Assembly (NCBI GenBank): GCA_964016885.1
Contig: OZ024740.1
Span: forward strand, 143,034,001-143,098,000
Length of the DNA stretch: 64,000 nucleotides
Direction: 5' to 3'
DNA from: Eledone cirrhosa
Lineage: Eukaryota
Positions 36,089 through 49,400 of the stretch are shown here, one piece after another; within the stretch, counting starts at the first letter, position 1, and every line of letters begins with the position of its first letter. The translations under genes and the position numbers were made by a program. The notes beneath the pieces were generated by a model. It was not told where the DNA came from and did not search any database. It saw nothing but the letters and a program-made list of their open reading frames with translations.

Positions 36089-37258
36089 GGTGCTACTGGT
36101 AACATGTATCCCAGTACAACCTGTCTCATGGTCGGGTCGTTGGCGACTAAACTGGCAACCCTACCAAGGTTTCTTGGTGAGGAGGGTGACTTTGGACATC
36201 CTGCAGGACTAAAAACAAAACCTGTCAAAGGGCAAGGGAGCTCTTAAGACTCAATAGCCATCCAAAATCACCGGGAGAGATGACCCCTTAGTCTTTGTCA
36301 GGGCAGAATTCTAGGAGAAGGAAAACTCTGATATAACACCTGCAACCCTGATGGTATCCAATGATGTTGACTTGTTCTTCTTTTTGGTAAATATCATCTT
36401 GGTTAAGAGAGTGGGACTGGCTTTGTGCAGTGCCTTTGCTCACTATAAAAGCTTCACAGCACAGGCATTGCTTTATATCTGGAGATCTCTCTGCACTTGT
36501 CATCACATGGTACCATGGGCCCTGCACTATGTGTCAATAATGGTCACAAGTGTAGTGTTTGTACCAGAGTTTTCAAGTCGCTGGCTGGACTAAAAAGTCA
36601 CATTCGTTCAGCGCATCGGTAGGGGTTCTCCTACATGGATATAAAGTAGTGGCCGTACTCGAAAACGAGTTGGCAGCCACCATATATATATGTACAACCT
36701 GTCTCATGGTCGAGTCGTTGGCAACTAAACTGGCAACCCCACCAAGGTTTCTTGGTGAGGAGGGTGACTTTGGACATCCTGCAGGACTAAAAACAAAACC
36801 TGTCAAAGGGCAAAGGAGCTCTTAAGAGTCAATGGCCATCCAAAATCACCAGGAGAGATGACCCCTTAGCCTTTGTCAAGGCAGAATTCTAGGAGAAGGA
36901 AAACTCTGATATAACACCTGCAACTCTGATGGTATCCAATGATGTTGACTTGTTCTTTTTGGTAAATATCATCTTGGTTAAGAGAGTGGGACTGGCTTTG
37001 TGCAGTGCCTTTGCTTACTATAAAAGCTTCACGGCACAGGCATTGCTTTATATCTGGAGATCTCTCTGCACTTGTCATCACATGGTACCATGGGCCCAGC
37101 ACTATGTGTCAATAATTGTCACAAGTGTAGTGTTTGTACCAGAGTTTTCAAGTCGCTGGCTGGACTAAAAAGTCATACTCGTTCAGCGCATCGGTACGAG
37201 TTCTCCTACATGGATATAAAGTAGTGGCCGTACTCGAAAACGAGTTGGCAGCCACCAT
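36089..37258 (+). mobile_element. Family X retroposon, two tandem ~575-bp copies
   Basis: 36114-36690 and 36693-37258 are near-identical, separated by a short TA run. Homologous to 10655-11283. A further 3' fragment at about 37490-37665. Confidence 0.8.
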
Positions 37259-37271
37259 ATATATATATATA

Positions 37272-37314
<43 letters not shown>

Positions 37315-37338
37315 CTATAAATACATATATATATATAA

Positions 37339-37406
<68 letters not shown>

Positions 37407-37665
37407 ATGTATGTATGTATGTGTCTGTATAGTATGTAGACTAGTTCTTCTTTTTGAACAAATACATTTGATGTTCAGAGAGTGGAATTTGCCTTATGCA
37501 AAGCCTTTCCTCACTTAAAAAAGCGTCAAGCACAGGCATTACTTGTTAAGTGACATTTTTTGCGATGCATGGAAGTCCCTAGCATGACTAAAAACCCACG
37601 TCTCTGATGCTCAAACTTATGTATCAAACAGGCATTACTTGAAATGGAGTTGCAGCCATCATCAT

Positions 37666-37669
37666 ATAA

Positions 37670-37721
<52 letters not shown>

Positions 37722-37726
37722 TTATA

Positions 37727-37792
<66 letters not shown>

Positions 37793-37900
37793 TATAAATA
37801 TATATACATATATATAAATATATATACATATATATAAATATATATGTATATATATAAATATATATGTATATATATATATATATATATGTATATATTTATA

Positions 37901-37974
<74 letters not shown>

Positions 37975-38020
37975 TGTATATATATATATGTATATATATA
38001 TATATAGGTATATATATATG

Positions 38021-38055
<35 letters not shown>

Positions 38056-38246
38056 GTATATATATATGTATATATATGTATATATATATATGTATATATT
38101 TATATATATATATATATATGTATATATATGTATATATATGTATATATATATATATGTATATATATGTATATATATATATTTATATATATATATATATGTA
38201 TATATATGTATATATATATGTATATATATATATATGTATATATATG

Positions 38247-38295
<49 letters not shown>

Positions 38296-38306
38296 GTATA
38301 TATATG

Positions 38307-38339
<33 letters not shown>

Positions 38340-38420
38340 GTATATATTTATATATATATATATGTATATATATGTATATATATATGTATATATATGTATA
38401 TATATATATGTATATATATG

Positions 38421-38477
<57 letters not shown>

Positions 38478-38724
38478 TTATATATATATGTATATATATG
38501 TATATATATATATGTATATATATATGTATATATATATATGTATATATATATGTATATATATATGTATATATGTGTATATATATATATGTGTATATATATA
38601 TGTATATATATGTATATATATATGTATATATATGTATATATATATGTATATATATATATGTATATATATGTATATATATATATGTATATATATGTATATA
38701 TATATGTATATGTATATATATATG

Positions 38725-38755
<31 letters not shown>

Positions 38756-38784
38756 GTATATATATATATGTATATATATATATG

Positions 38785-38863
<79 letters not shown>

Positions 38864-38888
38864 GTATATATATATGTATATATTTATA

Positions 38889-38946
<58 letters not shown>

Positions 38947-38980
38947 TATAAATATATATACATATATATAAATATATATG

Positions 38981-39018
<38 letters not shown>

Positions 39019-39034
39019 TATGTATATATTTATA

Positions 39035-39072
<38 letters not shown>

Positions 39073-39102
39073 TGTATATATATATATATATATATTTATA
39101 TA

Positions 39103-39138
<36 letters not shown>

Positions 39139-39184
39139 TGTATATATATATATGTATATATATATATATAGGTATATATATATG

Positions 39185-39219
<35 letters not shown>

Positions 39220-39418
39220 GTATATATATATGTATATATATGTATATATATATATGTATATATTTATATATATATATATATATGTATATATATGTATATA
39301 TATGTATATATATATATATGTATATATATGTATATATATATATGTATATATTTATATATATATATATATGTATATATATGTATATATATATGTATATATA
39401 TATATATGTATATATATG

Positions 39419-39451
<33 letters not shown>

Positions 39452-39492
39452 GTATATATATGTATATATATATATATATATGTATATATATG

Positions 39493-39525
<33 letters not shown>

Positions 39526-39598
39526 GTATATATTTATATATGTATATATATGTATATATATATGTATATATATGTATATATATATATGTATATATATG

Positions 39599-39633
<35 letters not shown>

Positions 39634-40024
39634 CATCATCATCATCATCATTTCACGTCCACTTTTCCCTGCTTGCAAGGGTGGGACGGGAACTGATTCT
39701 GGCTTGATTTCTACAGCTGGATGCCCTTCCTAACACCAACCTCATTTACAGTGAGTGCTGGGTGCTTTTTTGCCGTGGCACCTCCACGACCACTTTGCAG
39801 TGGAATGATAGGGACCCCAGTCCCTATCATCTCATTTCTACAGCTGAGTAAACTGGAGCAATGTGAAATAAAGTGTCTTGCTCAAGGAAACAACACATCA
39901 CCCGGTCCGAGAATTGAACTCACAACCTTTCGATTGCAAGGCCAATGTTCTAACCACTAAGCCATGTGCCTCCATATATATATATGTATATGTATATATA
40001 TTTATATATATATGTATATATATG

Positions 40025-40055
<31 letters not shown>

Positions 40056-40252
40056 GTATATATATATATGTATATATATATGTATATATATATGTATATA
40101 TATATGTATATATGTGTATATATATATATGTGTATATATATATGTATATATATGTATATATATGTATATATATATGTATATATATGTATATATATATGTA
40201 TATATATATATGTATATATATGTATATATATATGTATATGTATATATATATG

Positions 40253-40299
<47 letters not shown>

Positions 40300-40300
40300 G

Positions 40301-40365
<65 letters not shown>

Positions 40366-40431
40366 GTATATATATATGTATATATATATGTATATATATG
40401 TATATATATATGTATATATATGTATATATAT
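37666..40431. repeat. ~2.7-kb compound (TA)n/TG microsatellite, interrupted by a SINE
   Basis: TA runs punctuated by TG. Source of the spurious YI/CI ORFs. Confidence 0.97.
39633..39973 (-). mobile_element. SINE S1 full-length copy
   Basis: Reverse complement of 328-672. (TA)n on both sides. Confidence 0.92.
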
Positions 40432-41168
40432 ATCATCATCATCATCATCATCAGGTTTAGCGTCCGTGTTCCACGCTTGCATGGGTTTGGACGGGGGTTT
40501 TCCCACTTGAGGCAAGAGTGGTTGTCTTGCTCGCATAGTACTGTCTGGCGGGTTTTCTACAGTTGGATGCCCTTCCTAACACCAACCACATTTACAGTGT
40601 GGGGCTGGGAGGTTTTTACCGTGTTGCCTACACGGCCACATTACAGCGTGGACTGTCTGGCGGGTTTTCTATAGCTGGATGCCCTTCCTAACACCAACCA
40701 CATTTACAGTGTGGGGCTGGGAGGTTTTTACTGTGTTGCCTACACGGCCACATTTACAGCGTGGACTGTGTGTTTTTTGTCGTGACACCTACACGATCTC
40801 ATTTGTTTCGGCCTGGATGTTGTGGGACCAACATAACTTTACATTGAAAGGGGCGGTGTGGGTGGGGTGGAGGTGGTGGGACGGGGGTGTGGTTTGATAG
40901 AGGTGCCTACTGACTGCAGTAGGTTTTTACTTTGTATTTAGGTAAGGCGGGTCTTCTCTATTACTGAGTACCGCCAAAGGTCTCGGTCCAGTGACATTGT
41001 CTTGGAGAGGTGTAAGCGTGTGAGGTCGGAATTTATCAGCTCGTCCCAGGTTTTTCTGGGTCTGCCTACTCCGTGGCTACCGTCTATCTTTATTGCCCTG
41101 CACTTTGTTATACAGCTGTCGTCTTTCATGCGCATCACGTGACCGTACCAACGTAGCCTTCTCTCGAG
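40432..41168 (-). mobile_element. RTE-A 3' end with ~110-bp internal 3'UTR duplication
   Basis: [53 protein letters not shown] block present twice. Confidence 0.9.
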
Positions 41169-41440
41169 TGTATATATGTATATATATATGTATATATATG
41201 TATATATATGTATATATATGTATATATATATGTATATATATGTATATATATATGTATATATATATGTATATATATATATATATATATATAAATGTATAAG
41301 TATATATATATGTATATATATATATATAAATGTATAAGTATATATATATGTATATATATATATATAAATGTATAAGTATATATATATATGTATATATATA
41401 TATATAAATGTATAAGTATATATATATATGTATATATATG

Positions 41441-41473
<33 letters not shown>

Positions 41474-41478
41474 GTATA

Positions 41479-41572
41479 ATTAACCGTCGAAACGGCTTGA
41501 GCTCAGCCGTCGGGGTCCTACTCGTTCCTATATGTATATATATATATATATATATACATATAGGAACGAGTA
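41479..41572 (+). mobile_element. Fragment of the hammerhead-bearing element (3' half of motif) followed by a 54-bp palindrome
   Basis: CCGTCGAAACGGCTTGAGCTCAGCCGTCGGGGTC is identical to 10539-10572. 41519-41572 is self-complementary around a TA run. Confidence 0.8.
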
Positions 41573-41641
41573 TGTATATATATCTATATATATATATGTA
41601 TATATATGTATATATATATGTATATATATGTATATATATAT

Positions 41642-42195
41642 TATCATCATCATCATCATCATCAACGTTTAACGTCCGTGTTCCACGCTTGCATGGGTTT
41701 GGACGGGGGTTTTCCCACTTGAGGCAAGAGTGATTGTCTTGCTCGCATAGGACTGTCTGGCGGGTTTTCTACAGTTGGATGTCCTTCCTAACACCAACCA
41801 CATTTACAATGTGGTTCTGGGAGGTTTTTACCGTGTTGCCTACACGGCCACATTACAGCGTGGACTGTGTGTTTTTTTGTTGTGACACCTACACGATCTC
41901 ATTTGTTTCGGCCTGGATGGCGCGGCACCAACATAACTTTACATAGAACGGGGTGGTGTGGATGGGGTGAGGGTGGGGGTGGTGGTGGTGGGACGGGGTG
42001 TATTTTGTTAGAGATGCCTACTGGCTGGAGTAGGTTTTACTATATATTTAGGTAAGGCGGGTCTTCTCTGTTACTGAGTACCGCCAAAGGTCTCGGTCCA
42101 GTGACATTGTCTTGGAGAGGTGTAAGTGTGTGAGGTCGGAGTTTATCAGCTCGTCCCTGGTTTTTCTAGGTCTGCCTATTCCGTGACTACCGTCT
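41642..42195 (-). mobile_element. RTE-A 3' end
   Basis: Near-identical to 952-1470. Confidence 0.92.
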
Positions 42196-42247
42196 ATATA
42201 TATATGTATATATATATATGTATATATATATGTATATATATATATGT

Positions 42248-42620
42248 ATCATCATCATACGTCTAAATCCATGCTAGCATGCATTTAGACGGGAATTGTC
42301 CCACTTGAGGCAAGATTGGTCGGGAGACCGTGTCTCACTCGTATAGGACTGTCTGGCAGGTTTTCTACGGCTGGATGCCCTTCCTAACACCAACCACATT
42401 TACAGTGTGGACTGGGAGGCTTTTACCATGTCATCTACATGGCCACATTACAGCGTGGACTGTGTTTTTTGTCGTGACACCTACACGACCTCATTTATTT
42501 TGGACTGGTTGTTGTGGTACTAACATAACTTTACAGAGAGAGGGTGCTGTTGGTGTGTGTGGGGTGTGTGGGGTGCTGTTGGTAGTGTGTGGCGGGAAGG
42601 GGGGGGGGGGTATATTTGGA
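42248..42620 (-). mobile_element. RTE-A 3'UTR fragment
   Basis: Matches 11360-11620. Confidence 0.8.
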
Positions 42621-42626
42621 TATATA

Positions 42627-42657
<31 letters not shown>

Positions 42658-42704
42658 GTTTATGTATATATATATATGTTTATGTATATATATATATATA
42701 TGTT

Positions 42705-42735
<31 letters not shown>

Positions 42736-42765
42736 GTATATATATATCTATATGTATATATATAT

Positions 42766-43166
42766 AGAGACCCAAGAAGATCTGGGATGAAGTGATAAAA
42801 GCCGACCTTACCCAATTACACCTCTCAAAGGCGATGACACACGACCGTGACCTCTGGCGTCACGCAGTAATTTAGAGTACCCGACTTCCCATGGGTACAA
42901 GCTGAAGCATATAGACAATATGCCCCCACACCCTCCCACTGCAAAGTGGTCGTAGAGGTGCCACGGCAAAAAAGCACCCAGCCCACACTGTAAAGTGGAC
43001 GTGTAGGCGCCACGGAAAAAAGGCATCCAGCTGTAGAAATCAAGCCAAAATCAGTTCCTGTATGAGCAAGGCATGGTCAGCCGACCAGACACTGCCCACA
43101 ACAGGACAACCCGTCTAACTCATGCTAGCATGGAAGAACGGACGTAAAACGGTGATGATGATGATG
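42766..43166 (+). mobile_element. RTE LINE 3' end, family C
   Basis: [25 protein letters not shown], modular 3'UTR and (ATG)n tail. Confidence 0.8.
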
Positions 43167-43185
43167 ATATATGTATATATATATC

Positions 43186-43228
<43 letters not shown>

Positions 43229-43289
43229 GTGTATATATATATATATGTATATATGTGTATATATATATTTATATGTATATATGTGTATA

Positions 43290-44050
43290 TCATCATCATC
43301 ATCATCATCATTGTTTAACGTCCATCTTCCACGCTAGCATGGGTTAGACGGGAGTTGGCCCACTTGAGGCAAGGTTGGTCGGATGACCGTGTCTAGCTCA
43401 TATAGGACTATCTGGCGGGTTTTCTACGGCTGGATGCCCTTCCTAACACCAACCACACTTACAGTGTGGAACTGGGAACTTTTTACCGTGTTACCTACAC
43501 GGCCACATTACAGCATGGACTGTGTGTTTTTTTGTCGTGACACCTACATGATCTCGATCTCATTATCTCATTTATTTGGACTGGATGTTGTGGTACCAAC
43601 TTTACAGAGAGAGGGTGGTGTTGGTGGGAGGGGAGGGTAGGGGTAGTGGATTGGGGTGTATATTTGGTTAAGAGGTGCCTACTGACTGTAGGTTTCGCTT
43701 TGAACATAGGCAAGGCGGGTCTTCTGTATTACTGCATAGCGCCAAATATCTCGGTCCAGTGACATTGTCTTAGAGATGTGCAAGTGTGTAAGGTCGGAAT
43801 TTATCAGATCGTCTCAGGTTTTTCTGGGTCTACCTACTCCGTAACTACCATCAATTTTGATTGCCCTGCACTTTTTTATGCAGCTGTCATCTTTCATGCG
43901 CATCACGTGGCCATACCAACGTAGTCTTCTCTCAAGTAAACAGCATCTGATCCCTCTTATTCCTAATTTCTCACTTAGTTCATTTATGCTTTGCCGTTCA
44001 CATATATTACTATTACACATCCAACGGAGCATGCATGCTTCATTCCTTAT
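43290..44050 (-). mobile_element. RTE-A 3' portion
   Basis: [25 protein letters not shown] and tail. Confidence 0.9.
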
Positions 44051-44053
44051 GTA

Positions 44054-44088
<35 letters not shown>

Positions 44089-44104
44089 TTATACATAGGT
44101 GTAT

Positions 44105-45066
44105 AACTTTGATAACTTTTGGCTATGTCTAACTTAATATCATTTCCTGGTGAAGTCTTTCAAATCAGGATTTGGACACCAATGCCCATTCAAGTAGAGA
44201 GTTGTTGTTTACGGAGACATATCTGGGATTTATTGGAAGAATTTGTCCAAAGACGTTTTGAATTTTATGGGATCGGTTTCTGTTTTTGTGTTTTGGTGTA
44301 ATGTTGACGAGAGCGGGACCAGTTGAGGTGAAATAATTGTGTTGTAGTATTGTTATGAGATGCAAGTTTGAATTTTGTTGTGTGCGGATAGCTCAGGTTC
44401 TAAGCCTTAGGTGTATTTTAAAGATGATGCCAGCATCATTTGGGCAATGCTAATGGAATATTTTCTACATCACGCAGATAAAGTAGTGCTCACAGCAGCA
44501 TTGGAGAGAGTAGAATTTGAGTTTCTAATTGACTTCATTAGTCAAGGCCTGTCATGCCATCTATCTTTTTTGTAATTGACCTTTGAGGTGCTTTAATTTT
44601 AATAATATTTTGTTCTGTGTCGGGAGACCACAGTAGACAACAGTATTCAAGTTGGGATTGGGAAAAAGTAGAGAAGAGAAGGATAATGGTGTGGATATCT
44701 CTCAACTGGAAAGTTCTTAGAATCCAGGAACACATCTTGTGAGTCATGTCAATTTTGCTGTTTATATGAGTGACCCAGCTTGTATTGATATCAACAATTA
44801 CTCCCAGATCTCTGATGTTGGATGCCACAAGGGTTTCACTTGAGGGAAGGGAATATGAGAGTTTTAGTGCATCCTCTTTTCCAAAATGGATTAGTTTGAA
44901 TTTTCCTCATTCAGCACCATATTGTTTTTTTTCTGCCCATTGGATAACAGCCAGTAGATCTGAGTGAAGGCATGACCAATATTCCACTTTACTGATGACC
45001 TTTTGGAGTTTGGAATCATCAGCAAAGATTCTTATGTTATTGTACTGTACTTGATATCAGTAATGT
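44105..45066 (-). mobile_element. CR1-group LINE 3' portion (same family as 14721-16385)
   Basis: NIRDLGVIVD..LEYCCLLWSP. The 3' end matches 16130-16385. Confidence 0.85.
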
Positions 45067-45234
45067 CATTGATATAGATAATGTATATGTAAATATATAG
45101 GCATATGTAGATATTTCATTTTTACATTTGTTTTGCAGGATTTTTTTTTATCTGAAAATATGTGGACCAATACTCTGTGCATATATGTCTGTCTGTCTGT
45201 ATGTATGTATGATAATTTGCTGCCTCTGTGTGTG

Positions 45235-46740
45235 TCATCATCATCGTTTTTACGTCCATTTTTCCACGCATGGGTTGGACGGGTCCTTCTAAGCACAGCA
45301 TCTCTCCACCTGTTGCATTCTTTCATCATCTCATCTACCAGTCTTAGCGATTTGAGGTAAACTCATACAACCTCTGCCCAGGTCTTTCTTGATCGTCCTC
45401 TACTACGGCTTCCTTCCACTGGGATTTCCTGGCATTTTTTCACCCAGCACTCATTGTCCATACCAACACAGTCTTCTTTGCTGCACACCACCTCGGATTC
45501 CTATTAAACCCAGCTTCTCCCTCAGCTCGTCCAAGCTATGCCTTTCTCTCACATCGCACATCCAACAAAGCATGGATGCTTCATTTCTCTCCAGCCTATG
45601 TTTCACTACCATGCACAGCATTGCATTTCACACACAGGTGTTATATAGCCATCCTTTTGTACATAGGAAGTAGCTCTAAACTTCTTCCATCCTATCATTA
45701 TTGTAGCTATTATACTCTTGGTGCACCCTCCTCTGCTGTTAATTAGGTCACCTAGATAGCAGAAGCTATCAACCACATGTATGGATCTTTCCTGTGATTG
45801 GAAAAGGTTTATATCATTCCTCTCTATTACTCCTGTGCATCTTCTACATGTAAAGTTTTCCCTTCCTGTTGGTCTATTTGCTATCCCACTAGATCTTTTG
45901 TGTACCCAAGATTTACATTGTGTACATTGTATGGAGTTTATGCCTACTCCTTTTCTACATATTAAGCAGGGTCATTTCCCTTGAGGAATCTAGCTTCTAT
46001 CTTCTTTCCTACTCACTAGCACTTTAGTTTTGGCTAAGTTTATTCCAGACTTTTTGATTCCAAATTCACCTGGAGATGATGAGGTATTTTTCATCAGTAC
46101 TTGAAGTTGTCTGTAAAAGTTCCTCATAGAACTTGTCCTTTTGTTCTTTACCCGGTCCTGTCTATGGAGGTTAGGTAGATGTAATTGTCACCAGTCTATT
46201 TCCTACAGTTAATCTAAGCTTGATAATCCTGTCACTTACTCTAATTACTTCTATCACCCTATCTATCCATTTCTCAGATAGTAGGATGCCAACACCTCCT
46301 ACCCCATCATCATTTCCTATCCAGTAGAGTTTATATTTAAGTTGCTTGCCCATGATTAGTCTTGCTGAAGCACCCCTCCATCTCACTTCTTGTACACAGA
46401 ATATATCTACTACTCTTCTTTCTAACAGTTCCACAATTTCACCTGATTTGGCTTTCAGGGTACCAACATTGAGGGTGGTAGTCATGAAATTTGTACTTTG
46501 AAAGTTGTTGTTACTTCCTTGGTTAGAGATTCTAGGTACCTGAAAGGGAAAGTGGTTGTGCAATTGCTTGATGACGTTTGAGGGGTTCTCGCACACGGTA
46601 TATATATATCTTATTCGCCCACTTATTCCTGAGAGGGTCATGGGGGCAGAGTCTCAAACCTTCCTTCCAATGGGTACTGCTAGAAGCAATTGTTTCTAAT
46701 TGATCCGGCTGGATCCCTAAGCAAGACCAGCTTAACTCAT
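45235..46740 (-). mobile_element. RTE LINE family D with large internal deletion
   Basis: APE N-terminus (TLNVGTLK, CVQEVRWRG) at 46171-46500 joined near 46065 to the post-RT region and (ATG)n tail. Confidence 0.85.
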
Positions 46741-46744
46741 GCAT

Positions 46745-47790
46745 GTTATCTAACCATTTTGCTCAGGGTCTGCCCCTGGGTGTCCGCTGGTTGGCTTTGC
46801 CCATAAAATCTGTTCAGTGATTCTTTCCTGAGACATTCTAACCACATGCCCATATACCGGACCTGTGATTTCTCAATTCAGAGAAGTAGCGGCTCTACCT
46901 GGAGTGACTGTCTGATGTCCGAGTAATTTGTAACATTACTCCAAGACCCTTTGGAGGAACCACAATTCAGCCACTTGTATTTGCGATCGTATACTTTCAG
47001 TCATTACCCAAGATTCATGACCATAGGTAAGGGTTGGCATGATTACCGAATTGAAGATAGCAAGTTTGGCTTTTACACTTACCTCCCATCTTCTGATTAC
47101 TGAATGCTGAAGCTGGTGCATTACTGCATTTAATTCAGTCTCCTGCCTTCCATCACTCATGAACATGGCCCCGAAATACTTGAACTTCTCCACCTGCTTA
47201 AGTTGAATTCCATATAGAGTGCACTGCACAATCTTCCTTGAGAGGATGAGTATCTCAGTTTTCGCAGAACTAATTTTCAATCAAGCCATGCACCACTAAT
47301 TTTTATCCCAGCCATGCAGCACTGGCATTAAACCTATCAAGTGCAAATCGGAGATCACCTTCTATTGAGTTAAGTAATACCATGTTGTCATCAAATTCCA
47401 GCCGACTGATTCTACACCTGCCAGTTGTGACACCACTTCCAACCCGGCTGCGTTTGTCAATCCTGTTCATGAAAATAATGAACAGGAGAGGTGAAAGTAC
47501 ATACCCTTGGCAGAGTCCCACTCCCTCATTGAATGGTTTCGATTTAGCACCATCTATTCAAATACAAATACTCAGGCATTCGTATAGAGACATCAGGGCA
47601 ACAAGAAGCTGACCATTGACCTACAGAACCTTCCACAAGCAGATGCTATGAAACACGGTCATATGCTTTTTCTAGGTCTACGAAGCAAGAATACACCTCT
47701 TGGCGGTACTCCTACAATTTCTCAAAGACCTGCCACAGTGTGAATATTTGGTTGGCTGTGCTGTGTCCAGGGCAAAAACCACACTATTAA
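46745..47790 (-). mobile_element. RTE LINE family E (Rex3/Expander-like) RT fragment
   Basis: [56 protein letters not shown]. Confidence 0.75.
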
Positions 47791-47899
47791 TCATAAATAT
47801 ATATATATGTGATCATCATTATCATTTAACAGTAGATTGATTGTGTTGGTGTTAAACCCAACAAAATTTAAGTATCTGCATATGTCACCGTTATAACTG

Positions 47900-47954
<55 letters not shown>

Positions 47955-47956
<2 letters not shown>

Positions 47957-48290
47957 AGGGTGGGTAAAATTCCCAAGATCCATGGACGAGTTCTCTCCAG
48001 CGATCTCTGTCCCTCATCATCGCTGCCATGTCCTGCATCTCTCAGAAGCTAGTGTCTGTCCTTACAGCATCAATATATGTCATCCTCGGTCTCCCGCTTC
48101 TAGTGTGTCCGTGTAGGGGCTCCCACAGGACCATTGAGTGCAGTGTCAACTCTGAATGTCGGTGAGCATGTACAGCTAACTTCAGTCTCCTCTGTATTAC
48201 TTTCCAGCTGACTTTTGGGAGGCTCCCGTACAGCTCTGAGTTCTATACCTACACTAGATGTCATGTCCCACACATTATATTTCATACACT
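47955..48290 (-). mobile_element. Old RTE 3' fragment, family F
   Basis: Minus strand encodes LWEPLHGHTRSGRPRMTYIDAV..MMRDRDRWREL. Confidence 0.6.
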
Positions 48291-49074
48291 ATGTATATTG
48301 ATAAATCAGTGTATATGATATCCAGATAACTTTTCTTATATGATAACCTTTTTTCATTTTCAACATCACTAATTAGTTTCTTAAGACAGGCCCCCTAGGT
48401 TTTCAGATATTTCAAGTGCCTCTGGCACAATCATTCACCCTACTATAGCAAAACAAATTGATGGGCCCTTAGTCCCTGCAGAGCTCCTAAGCTTCAGGCT
48501 AATCAGCTTATAAATTATAAATGGCTTTTATTTATGTTTCTTGCATGATGATACACCATAATATCACCATGAATTCGTTGTCTTTCTAGGATTTACATAT
48601 GAAAAGGGAAAACTATATTGTTCATGTATGAATGATACAAGTTCGCACCAACATATATGACTTTACTGTTGATTTCATTCAAGTCAACAATATTTATTCT
48701 CTACAGAACAGACACACAGACATTATGTTTTTACACATCTGTATATAGAAAGATAAACTTGTTCAAGCTGAAGAGAAAGACATTTAAAAATATTTTTCTA
48801 CTTTATCTGGTTTTATTTGAGGATCTACATAAATTGAAATCTAGCGAAATTCGACCAAGGGCAGTTGATTTGGAGTTTATAGTGATTGTGGTTCTGGTCA
48901 TGCTGGAGTAGTGGATCAAATCTGAATGTGGTTTTTTAAGGGTACGTGCTACTCTCAGAAGTGTTAGCAATAGTGTAACTGTGATGAATTGATTTCAGAC
49001 ATGAATGAAAGCTATTTCCTCACAGAATCAAGCAGCTTGGAATATGTTTATCGTGCTACAGTGCTTAGTGGATG

Positions 49075-49400
49075 AAGCATGGCCAAATGGTTAACAAGTT
49101 CACTTTGCATTCATAATGTCTCAGATTTTATCCTACTGCATGGCATCTTGGACAAGTGTCATTTACCACAGCTTCAATTCCGTGCAAGCCTTGTGAATAC
49201 AATTGGAAACCCATCAGATAGATTGTACTTGTGCCTGTACCTGTAATTCAAAGTCTTGTCACACATTGTGCCATGCTGAATCTCTTTGAGAATTATGTTA
49301 AGAGTACTTCGGCCAGTGGAATGCTCAGCCATTTGCATGTTAATTTAATATGCAAGTTGTTCCATAGATCAACCAACTGGAACATTTGTCAAACCTAACT
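49075..49400 (+). mobile_element. Highly decayed tRNA-derived SINE
   Basis: GCATGGCCAAATGGTTAA head and CTTGGACAAGTGTC body. A similar remnant lies at about 33415-33550. Confidence 0.4.

Noticed and set aside
37526-40674. Many 100-377 aa YI/CI/VY ORFs
   Set aside because: Translations of stop-free (TA)n/TG microsatellite.
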